A program made the translations under genes and the position numbers. Below the pieces are notes generated by a model that was not told the DNA's origin, did no database searches, and saw nothing but the letters and a program-made list of their open reading frames with translations. A DNA stretch of 60,699 nt, the filler included, from Sphacelaria rigidula (taxonomy: Eukaryota): NCBI GenBank assembly GCA_964200075.2. It is 6 parts of 6 records of this genome, joined end to end, with 100 filler letters (N's around TTAATTAATTAA, not from the genome) between each part and the next. Parts side by side here need not be neighbours in the genome. Positions count along the whole stretch, not along the records: positions 40,535 to 50,567 come from CAXNAA020007287.1; positions 50,668 to 60,699 come from CAXNAA020007288.1; 4 more parts are not named here. One strand, given 5' to 3'. Every line of letters begins with the position of its first letter. Position 1 is the stretch's first letter. Positions 50,429 through 60,699 of the stretch are shown here, piece by piece.

Positions 50429-50567
50429 CGTCTGTTTTCCATGAGTGCTGTCAGATCGTCACCACCACCACCACCACCAGCAGAGGCATCAATAGCATCA
50501 GCACCATCACTCCGTCAACCCCCCTGTCCCCGCCCCACTCCTATCCTCATCTCGTACCTGCCGCCTC
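50429..50567 (-). pseudogene. Upstream VPS15 low-complexity linker exon, partial, with in-frame TGA at 50515-50517
   Basis: ...GGGGGGDDLTALMENR-CG|GTACGC; phase 2 fits the acceptor at 49773. Confidence 0.45.
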
Positions 50568-50667
50568 NNNNNNNNNNNNNNNNNNNNNNNNNNNNNNNNN
50601 NNNNNNNNNNNTTAATTAATTAANNNNNNNNNNNNNNNNNNNNNNNNNNNNNNNNNNNNNNNNNNNN
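50568..50667. other. Artificial contig-joining spacer
   Basis: Same structure. Confidence 0.98.
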
Positions 50668-51864
50668 TCAAAGCAAAGGAAAAAAAACGCAAAAACCCCT
50701 TGCGCGAAAAAAAAGGAGGTAACACCCCAAAAAGGAAGGTGAAAAAAAAAAAAAAAAAAAAAAACTCATGCGTTGACCTTCCTCTTGTGACCCCGGCTGC
50801 TACGCCCACATACACCGAGGTATGTAGACTGGCGTGCAGAATAGATGGGACGACAACACACACATAGTGCAAAGTCGTATCGAAGCAGATAATCTGAACA
50901 CAAGTTAGCAAAGAACAATGGGCAATGGCAAATAAGGCGGTACACCCCCGTATATTCGGCCAAGAACAGGTATATCATATGTTGCTTGGATAGAGGGTTT
51001 AGCACGTGGGTTGAGAGAGCTACACAAGAGCTTTGTTTCGCCTCCCATTGCCCATTTATCTTCGGGGGTTCTCCAAAAGCCATTTATGCGTGGAAAATTG
51101 CAGTACCGAATGCAGGGTTGACGAAGCGGACCGCCGGTTGAAATGACTATTTGCTCGTTTTTGGGCCAGACGCGCCGTGCGCCAAAACCTTTCCATCTCT
51201 ACAGATTTTGATAAACACTTCAAGTTGTCGGCATTGTACCCCCTCCATCCATGTGCTTGTATCCATTACCTTCATTCTCTGTTCCACCGTGAGTTTGGCT
51301 TGCATCAAAAGAGCGGTACTTGACCTTTACGTTCGGACATGACGAAGTTCGTGGCAGAACAACAAGAAGTGACGAAAATGAAGCGCTTGTGGCGATCGGG
51401 ATCCAAACGGGCAACGAGTTCGCCGCGGGGTCGCCACGGGTCAGAAGCGCTCTGTACTACTGCGAGTACCCAGCTGCCTGCAATTAAAGGCCTGGTTCCC
51501 TGCACTCAGTTCCACCCTACTCACCCCCCCCCCCCCCCCCCCCCCGACGTGGCCTCCCAGTTCAATCCCGGCTTCTCTCGCCTGGGGGGAGTTCAGGAAC
51601 CATCAATCGCAGTAATAACTTGACGTGCGACTCTGCTGTCATCAGGGGATGTAAGTGTATCGTCGATAGTGTCGTCTACATAGCTGCAGCTAACGCTCAG
51701 CGGGATCAGGCGAAGGCGGGTACAAGAAGGAGAAATGCAACGGAGAAGGAGACGGGCACTGTTGCTACAGTGTTTTATACCCTCCAACAGAGTGATGCAT
51801 CAGCAAACATTTTGCAGTTTTCCACGTTGAATTGTGCTACTTTGCAAAGGATTCCCCACACTTC

Positions 51865-53420
51865 GAACGACTCGTGACTCGAAGAGACTCGCGTCGTGGG
51901 GGTCATTCAGACAAATGAAAGCGAGTCGTGTCTTGCGAGTCACACGAGTCTCACTGGATTCACAACAAACGAGGACGCGTTTGACTCGAAAAATAGCGGA
52001 GGATTTTCGACAAAATGAGATGAGGCTGACTCGACTCATGTGAGCCACCCCCAAAAGATGAGGACGAGTCTTACTCGACCCATGCGAGTCATCTCCTCAA
52101 AAGGAGAACGGGCTTTGATAAGCAGTCAGCAATATAGTGCACCTGCGAAACAGGCGTAGTGGGTGTAGCGCAAGAGAGAAATGAAGGACTTTACCTCGTC
52201 CTCGCGGTGTCAGGTCGAGCTGCTGTAGGAGCAGTACAACGTGAACAGGGCAACTGTCCAGCAAGTATAGCATCAACAGTACGGTACAGCGCGGGTCAAT
52301 ACGCTGCCATGAGATGCAGCGCCGCACGGCAGGGTACAGCACACGGTTTGCGTACGGTACAGCACACGGTTTGTGTACGGTCCAGCACCGTGCGGAGTGT
52401 GCCGCATAAGGTAAAGTACCGTGCATTGCAGTGTGGTGTTATACGCGTACTGTAGAGCACGGTACAGATAGCGCTGTATGCTGTTGTGCAGCGTAGTGCA
52501 GTACAGCACAGCACAGCCCAATACAATCGCACTGTTTTGTACCGTACCGATTGTGAGTAAGCAGCATTGATTTATCCGTCAATGTATGGTGAATGTACAG
52601 ACGCGAACAGTACAGTACAGCAGCAACAAGTCTGAATATCGTAGCGTACAGTGGAAGCAATATTTTATCGGCCTAACGAGTCATGACTGGTATGAATCTA
52701 GTCACACGGGTAATTCCCGCAAAAATGAGGACGAATCCGACTCGAGTCCTGCAAGTCACTCCAACAAATCAGGATGAGATTGACTCGAGTCATGCGAATC
52801 ATTTCCGAAAAATGAGGAGTCTGACCCGTGTCATGCAAGTTATTCCCGAAAATGAGGACGAGTCTGGCCCGAGTCAGACGGGCCATTGAGGAATCAATCC
52901 TAACGTAGCGGCAACGAGTGCGAGTCGCACAAGTCAGAATCGGTCTCGTTTGAGGGGTGGAACTTACAATAGACCATCAAATATCGAGTTTTCAAGTCTG
53001 TGCAGTGTAGTACAGCACAGAACAGCACAGTACAATGCTATTACACTGTACTGTACAGTACCGTTTGTCAGTACGCAAAATTCGCTCATCCATCCGTGTC
53101 CGGTAAATTTACAGACGTGAAAAGTACAGTAAAACAGCAACCAAGTCTAGCATACAGTCGTAAGAATGTTTGATGCGTCGAATGAGGCTTGACTCGTATA
53201 GCTCGTGTCATGCGGGTCATTCCCGCAAAATCAGGACAAGCCCGACTCGAGGCATGCAAGTCAATGCAAGAAATGAGAACGAGCCTGACTTCAGTCATCT
53301 ATGTCATCTCCAAAGAATGAGGGCGAGTCTTGCTTGAGTTATACGAGTCATTGAGGAGCCGGTCCAAAAGTAGTGGCAACAAGTCCAAGTCGCGAGTCAG
53401 AATCGGACTCGTTCGAGTGC
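51865..53420. repeat. GACTCG/CGAGTC motif arrays interleaved with GTAC/CAGTA arrays
   Basis: Repeated aaaatgaggacgagtc..actcgagtcatgc units (51865-52095, 52676-52950, 53185-53420); tacag/gtac arrays at 52270-52650. Confidence 0.8.
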
Positions 53421-54254
53421 AACTTTGAAGAGACGATCAAATGTTTACAGTAGTGTTCAACATTGCTCTCGTTTCAGACCTTGGCGTTGTGCCGACCCTA
53501 TGTACGAGTACATGAACCGTAGGCCTCTCGCATAAGCCAGACTGTGCTGATTTAATCATTCCCCGCTCTAACGAAAAGAGGAGAACATGCATGAGCATAG
53601 GGCAGCAAGTGGGACAGATGAAGAAGTATAGCCTCAAACTGGCGGGTGACGTGTGACGTCTGTGACAGTACACGGCAATCAAGGGATTGCACATTGATAT
53701 TGGGGCAAACTGAAGATCAGCCGGGACAGATTTTACTTGAATAAATTAGCGGGCGAGGCCTGCAACAAAAGCCAGACCTTCCACACACAGGTAGGGGTAA
53801 CTCAAAGTGAATTACAGACGTACGACTATGGCCGAGCGTTCAAACCCGGCACCCGCCCAAAATTGAGGACCCGTCTAGAATCAGGCGGAAGATTAAAACA
53901 TGGGACATTTCCTGGTTCACTGTATCGCAGCAAAAAATACACTCATGCCCTCTCTCATGTGTTGGGGATGTCACTGTACTGTTGTGGTGTTTACGCATTG
54001 CGAAGACGGTTTGGATTGCCTGAGCTGCGATGTTGTCGGTGTGTTCGTCTCTGCAGAGAACAATGTCAGTCGGCACGCAGTGCTGGCTGCACACTGTCGA
54101 AAACTCATGGTGCGTTAGCTGTTTCGTCTTCCGTACAACGAACAACGCGCTGCCCGCTCCTGTGACACTCCGGCTGGTGCTGTGCGTTGGGGCAATTTAC
54201 TGTACTGTACTACGAGTACTGTTTGTCTTGGAACATGTGAGTGCCAGCGTCATT

Positions 54255-54420
54255 GGTCATGAGTTTAGACCGCACGAACACCAAGTTTTAGAGTACTCTC
54301 CTGGCAATTCCCAAGTAGAATGGAGCGACCTGATTGGTAATTACAAAGTAAATTCTGTCCCGCTTGCAAATTCAGTCTACGATCTACGGATTTTGGTGAC
54401 AACTCAGGCCACAGTTCGTG
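54255..54420 (+). pseudogene. Possible decayed LINE reverse-transcriptase C-terminal fragment
   Basis: FRPHEHQVL...YKVNSVPLANSVYDLRILV resembles the N..K..V...Y.I....L.....DLG+ motif. Confidence 0.3.
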
Positions 54421-55630
54421 GTCTCCTTTTTGTCCCAAGATGGGGGGGGACGGCAAGCCTGGGCTGTTGCGCCTGGAAAGCACACTCCGCGCGGCTACAG
54501 TTCTTGAAGTAGATCTCAACTGCAAGGCCTCACCCGGCTGAAAGCGAGTCTGTTTTTACTGTTCCATTCTATTGAGGTACCGTTCTTCACACACTATGAT
54601 AGGGACGCACGTGGTTTCCGAAAAAGTTGGCCTTCGAAAACTATATGCAAAATGAGGGAAACAGCAGGGGGTGATATTTACCGTCTAGTGCAACAGAAAC
54701 GGCGGCGGGTCTGCGTGTGTGACAGATTATTGTGCCCACCATGAGCGGACAGACGAGACTTCGTAAATAAACGACTACGAGGGCATGGAAACACGGGTAT
54801 AATTAAAATGGTATTTTTGAGCTTGCCACTCATGGTTGTGATCAAGGATGGCATGGCTCCATGGTGCCACGCTGTACTGTACTGTCTGTGGGGAGAAGTT
54901 TAACCTCCCATACGTCTAAAAGCTTTGGTGGCTGTTTTGGTGACTACAAAACTGACCACGTGCAAAAGCAGTGGGAATAAATGAAAGAATTCGACATCAT
55001 CTGTCCGACTGTGTGCTTTTTCGGCAGTGTAGGGTCTTCCCTCCCGCGTAACTCCAGGTTGAATATTGAATGAAAGGGGGTGTTATACACCGTCCTCTAG
55101 ACTACACCTGACGATATCAACTGTCAGCTGCCGAGTTCATGTACACATGTTTGTACCTTCAGTTCATGACAGCTTGCCACTCCTGATGTCGTAGGAATAT
55201 TAGCACCACTCAACCCAAGGAAGAACAGAGTAAAGAAGGCGGAAGAGCAGCGCACGGGAAGGATCGGCATCGTCAGGTCCGCGCCAGTACAGTGCAATCT
55301 TCGACAACCAGGCTCCTCCCTGTGCCTGCTTACAGAATAGTCATGTTCTTATTTGAATTCGGGGCACCTCTTTTGTCTGCGCTCACAGGTAGCTGTCGCT
55401 GTTGCTTGTCCCAACCTTCTCGAGGGCACGGTTGAAGGAGACAGCTGCATTCCTGATCGGGGAAATATCAAGTGCCCGTTGCAACTCATCGCCGGTAAAG
55501 CGAACGCAACAATCAGGCGTTTGACTTCTGGATGGACAGGTGCTATTGAAGTTTTCCCCTTGTTGTCTGTGTTGCCAACACCGGCAGCACCGCTGATACT
55601 GTAGCAAGCGCCGAGTGCTACCGAGAAAAC

Positions 55631-57661
55631 ATGGACAAGTTTGTGGTGCGCCGCTCGACATCATCAGTACCATCGAATTCCTCTTCAGTGAATGGAAATA
55701 TGTCCGTGGGCAGCGGCGGTGACGCCCGCAAATCACCAGGAGCTAAACAACCTCCGACAGAACCGGCCAGGAGACCCAACAAACGGTTGCACTCCCGACA
55801 ATCCAACAGTGCCTCGGGGAGGTTAAAACTTTCCAGAACTCGGGCTGAGGGCTTTCGAGGTAGTGGCAGTACTCTCCCTGCGCGAGAAAAGCCGGCTATT
55901 CGGCCAACCGCCGTTGATGATCCCAGCGGCGCTTTGACCCTCCGGGATCGAGCTCCAAACGATGCCGGGAGCACCCGAGCCGCTGGCGTGGGGCTAATGT
56001 GGAACAAATCTGCTCATGAAAATGGTCCTCTGCACAAGGGCACCGAACAGGGTAAGATGACGGCGACCCGCGGGATTAAAAGGAGCAGCGGCAGTGTCGG
56101 AGGTAACAGTTGTGCCAGTACTGTTCCCGAGAATGATGTATCACTGTTTGCAACGCCATCGAGCAGCAGCGACGGCGATGGCGTCGCTTCCACTGCGGGA
56201 AACTCCTCGCCCCTGGTCGAAACAGAATTGGGAGAACGGTCAACGAAATTCACTAGTACTGCTTCTATTAAACCTGCACGGTACGGTCTCGGTGGTCGGT
56301 CGGATCAGAGTAATACATTCCTCGGCAAGATAATCGGAGACGAGGTTGGAGATGGCACAGATGATGCTCGGAGAACGGCGATCCGCAGCAGCTGCACCGG
56401 TGTCGTCGCGGCGCGCCGCCACACTGCACTTGACCTCGCGCGGCGCCCGTTGTCGGGAGATGTCGGAGGAATTCCACGGCGATTTGGTGCTGGTGGTGCG
56501 GACTGCAGAGCTACGACCAAGCAGCCGAGGAAGATAGGAGCAGGAGCAGCCAGACAGAAGACAGGCAACGCGGAAGAGATGACGGGCCAGCGGGGTGTCT
56601 CTCTAGTCGTGCAATCTCGATGTCCCGATAAAGGCTTATCTTTGGACAGCAACAGCAGCCTTACCTCTAGCGAGAAAGGCGATACTGGGGACAAAAATTC
56701 GTCAACAAGCTACCCTACCACACCCTCCGCACGATCACCGGAAACAGGTCAAACAAGCTTCCCACTCCCCAGTTCCGCCGCCGCGCCACACAACGCGCCC
56801 GAAAAGGCAGCGGCACCAACGACAACACCAACTGCATCAAACGACGCGGCGGGCGCTGGTTCCAGCACCATAACGGCATCGGGAGTCTCGACGGCGGAGC
56901 CGCTATCGGCAGTGAAAGAGGAGGGATCCACGCGAGGCCGAGCGTTGCGGCCGCAGCCTCGCGCCGGCGGCATCACGAGCTTTTTTCCGCGGGCGAATTT
57001 CGGAATTTTGGTGCCACACGCAGGCGGCGGGGGCACCGACCGGCGGTCGTCCAGGACAACTTACTGTGGTGCGGGCACCAACTGGGCCGGCGTGGTTACC
57101 AGAGATGAGTGTTCCGATGAGAAAGATGGTGGCGACGACAGTGGCAGTGATGAAGGCCTAGAAAGAGATTTTGGCGATGATATCCATAACGGAGGTGGTG
57201 GATTCGGTCGTGATTGGTTCCCACGGTCTTCATCACCGCGTCGTCCACAACGACGTATTGCGCTGAAGAACAAGAGTGACGAAGATAGCGCGGACGAGGA
57301 GTTGGTTGAAAATCTTTGGGGGCTGGGGGAACATGGCGGGGACGCGGAAAGTGCCGCCGGCAAACCGGCGACCGGAAGACCAACCGAGCGACACACGAGC
57401 GAGCAGCCGACGGGCACAGTCGCCCGTCCAAACAAGGAGAACAGAAGTACCTCAGCGTCTGCCCGCTCGGTCTCGAATTTGGCGGAGGCGGCGGTGGCGG
57501 CGGTGGCGGCGGGGCGGTCGGCGGGAGAAACTATGGTGATTGATGAGAGCGTGTCCCGGCCATTGGCGGCGACTCAAGGCCCAAGCGTCGAGTCGGCGGC
57601 CGTGGTGATGGCGGCGCAGGCGGTGCACGTGGAGGCGGCCGAGGTAGAGGCGGAGATACAG
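55631..57661 (+). CDS. WD40-repeat protein, long first exon (disordered Ser/Gly/Ala/Arg-rich N-terminus)
   Basis: 677 open codons from ATG, GC-rich; ends at CAG|GTGAGT in phase with the next exon. Confidence 0.8.
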
Positions 57662-57926
57662 GTGAGTTCATTCAGAAACCGAGTCGATTCGCCGAGCAGA
57701 CGTACTGTAGTCATGCACCGTTTCCTGAAAGTCTGGATTGAAGTCGATTTTGCGTTTTGGTGTGTGAAAGATCGGTAAACTGATACATCCATGCACATCC
57801 ATGCACGTTTCTGTGAACGTTGCGACTCAACGTCGGCTTTTGCCCTATCTCCCTCATTTATGCTAAACGGGTTTCCCTACTTCCACCCTTCATGAACGTG
57901 AACAAAAATTGTCAAAAATAAATCAG

Positions 57927-58400
57927 CGCTTGATGAAGGAGCAAAATGCTGCTGCTGCTGCTGAACGAGCCTTGAAGATCCGTAGGTCAGAAGAAATCGC
58001 GGCCGCTCGCGCAAGGGCGGAGATTGCCCAACAGCCCGCACGGCGACGGGGGGGCATAACCGCATTGTTTCTCGCCCAGCGGCAGAGGACGGGCTGCCGG
58101 CCCGGCGGATGCGGTGGTGGCGGCGGGCACGGGGTGGACGCTGGTAAGCAAGCGTTTCAGAGACGGGCGCTGTCCAAGCTTTTCGAGGCGGGGGTGACCA
58201 CGATGAATTTGAAGATGGGGAGGGTTGTGGGGTCGCGCACGCGGGCAGGGGTTGTGCGCGGGCATCCGGAGCGGGCAGGACGGCTCGATGGAAGCTCTCT
58301 GGGGGCGTCGTGTGTTGAGTTTGACTCGATGGGAGCGTTATTAGCAGTGGGTGGCGCGGATAATGTGTCTGTGTATGACTTTGATGAGTTTTTGCCTCAG
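57927..58400 (+). CDS. WD40-repeat protein, exon 2
   Basis: aatcAG|RLMKEQ...ASCVEFDSMGALLAVGGADNVSVYDFDEFLPQ|GTGCGT; WD40 blade pattern. Confidence 0.82.
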
Positions 58401-58413
58401 GTGCGTTCCGCTT

Positions 58414-59040
58414 GGGGGGGGTCGTACTCAATTGTTGCTTGCCTTACTCGTTTGACCTTTGACCACGCACCCCTTTCGAGACGGAGCACCGTTCCTACTC
58501 CTAATAGAGTCATCTTCAACATTTCGGCGCTCATTACGTTTCTTCCATACATTACACAACATCTTTTACATACCTTATCCCCGTTCTGTGTCGCCGTCTG
58601 TGGCCACCATTTTTCTCCTAGCGTAGCCATCGTTTTCTCTCTCCGGTCTAATGCATCAAAAGATTTAGTGCCATCTTCGTTCACGTCCCGCGTTTCCCCC
58701 TCTAGCACGTCCCGTTCCTCCTTGTGTAGTTCACATTCTGCAACTATATAACTTCTGCTCTCTATTGCTTCGCCACAGGGGCAACTCTGTCTATCTACTT
58801 CCTCCTCTTTTCGATGACAGGTAAATCTCCTTCTTCTTTCTGGCAGGTCCAGGTCCCCAACCCAAAATCGCAGTTTCCGATTTTTCGCCGCATACATTGG
58901 GGCCATGAAAATATGCTTTTCATCTCTATCGCCTCTCTCAATCCCCCCGTGTATCTCCAGTCGTTCTTTCTCGTCTACTTCGCGTATGACCGCTCGTTTT
59001 CTCCTCATATCTATCATATCTCGCGTGTGGGGGGGGGGGG
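58414..59040 (-). mobile_element. 5'-truncated LINE (RTEX-like C-terminal zinc-knuckle region plus 3' UTR) in the WD40 intron
   Basis: KLRFWVGDLDLPERRRRF...CPCGEAIESRSYIVAECELHKEER (degenerate CCHC); 3' end ...tgagtacga-C8; C12 at the 5' junction. Confidence 0.85.
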
Positions 59041-59389
59041 ATGAGGCTATGCTGACATAGTTTGTGTTACCGGATGCGACTCTTGTGTGAGTGAGTGGTG
59101 CGTCGAAAATGACTGGAAGGGGTCGTGAGGGTGAAGCGGTTTGTCGTGCTGTTCCGTTGCATACCATAGGCATCACCTCAGCTCTGTCGAGGTTGGATCT
59201 TGACTCTTAGCTTGGCGCTGCGGCATCGTGGGCGTCACTCCCATTACTTGGCCGTTTTGCGTCCCACACCATGATGATCATTCATTTTACCATTTGTACA
59301 CCCCCTCGATTCCGAGTTCAAGCCAACGAGCAAATTGTCGGTGAACCCTCCCACGAGTCCCGGCCGCACTTGTCTGTCTTCATCTGTAG

Positions 59390-59509
59390 GTCAATCGCGT
59401 GCAGCCGTCGCCTGCTGGAGAGCCCCCCTCATACCTTCAGCCCACTCACTGCATCCAGACCAGGCGGATAATTTCGTGCGTGAGGTGGAACCCGGCCAAT
59501 GAGAACCAG
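59390..59509 (+). CDS. WD40-repeat protein, exon 3
   Basis: catctgtAG|VNRVQP...RRIISCVRWNPANENQ|GTGCGG, 120 nt, phase 0. Confidence 0.82.
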
Positions 59510-60647
59510 GTGCGGCTTTTGGGGGGAAGAAATAAAAAACGCGTTCGAAAATGTTTGCACGAGCTTGGAGCGCTCCTTTTTTAATGCTCGACAGCGTTGT
59601 CATGCGCAGAGCTACACTGCTGACGTGTTGAATGAAGTATTTGAACGTCGGACAGATAATGATCCATCTAAAAATTACTTCCTCTCACTGTACTGATCAG
59701 GATCATGATCTGGATAATTTGGCTGCCCTTTTCCATGTTTGCTCCTTTCCCTGCAGCGCCGGACGCCGAACACACCGAATAGCGCAAAAGTTGCGCTTTG
59801 GTTTTTATGACTCCGCAGTCACATATATGTGTTTTCGGATCAACGGGTCTGATAGTCTTCTTTTTTATTACATCAGTTATTTCAGACAGATCATGATCTG
59901 TCCGACGCGCGGAAGTATTGTAGGTGGATATCCGCAGAATGTGATGAGATCAGCAAACCATAACTCCAATGTGATCGGGTAAGCGCTCTTCACCACGGCA
60001 GTTGACCCTTTTGGACCACGATGGAAAATTGATTATTTGCAATTGACGGTTTTTGAGCAAGATATCGTTGATGGTTTACAGCTTAGACGCGACAACATTC
60101 ATCAAATACGTATTTTTCAGACCCGTGCGAGTGACGAGTGGAACAAAAGAAGTTTTCCTTTTCACCGATGTGCCGCATCAGACCCTAGAACCCATTGCTG
60201 TTTTTTGAGTGGAATGTTTCGTGGTGTTTCTGCTGATTTTTTGTCGACGGATACGGTTGGGCACACTTCATTCGTTGCGTGGTATGATTGGACAAACCTC
60301 ACCCGACCTCCAGGGAGCTAAATTTTCCTGCACCCGCCGCGTGTGCTACTGGATTCTTCTTCGGTCTTCCATTATAAAATGGTTGCCGTCAGTCTTTTCT
60401 GCTTCCATCTTTCCCTCTATGTCAGGGCTTCTCATGATGAGGCGTTTGGCCCGGGGACAGGAGGGGAGGGTTCCAAAAGGGTTAATCTCCGGAACGAACT
60501 TTTCGTTTTATAAGAAAATCTGACGTGTGGGCAATTGGCTCAAGAGCTGGGGGGGGGGGGGGGGGGGGGGGGGGGAGGGATGGTGAATGAGGCGTTCTCC
60601 TCCATGATTTTTGTTTTTGTGAGAGGGAGGGGGGGCGGGGGGGGGGG

Positions 60648-60681
<34 letters not shown>

Positions 60682-60699
60682 CGTACTCATTTAGCTTTT

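Overview
This is eukaryotic, repeat-rich DNA. The intron/exon style and repeat families suggest a brown alga (Phaeophyceae), which is my inference. It is not one locus: six size-sorted contigs (1-10034, 10135-20168, 20269-30301, 30402-40434, 40535-50567, 50668-60699; 10034 down to 10032 bp) are joined by artificial 100-bp N44-TTAATTAATTAA-N44 spacers. Host genes, all partial, are: one Cys-rich repeat exon (contig 1); three exons of a CDC48-family AAA ATPase D2 module, AFG2B/SPATA5L1-like, with a probable GC-AG intron (contig 2); an 8-exon minus-strand gene of unknown function with an internal repeat domain and a 1-nt frameshift in a C11 run (contig 4); degenerate-looking VPS15 HEAT exons (contig 5); and a WD40 gene with a long disordered N-terminus bearing APIM/PIP-like motifs (contig 6). 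The rest is transposon debris: an IS630/Tc1/mariner-like transposase pseudogene with a ~210-aa D-to-E spacer, a Ty3/gypsy LTR-PBS-gag remnant, hAT-type MITEs, foldback palindromes, a tRNA-derived SINE head and several LINE 3' end families. The most intriguing signal is a LINE family with a C-run 3' end whose copies are mostly bracketed by G/C homopolymer runs on both sides, suggesting poly(G:C) targeting. I found no CRISPR array, rRNA or intact tRNA, and most tracked ORFs are spurious.
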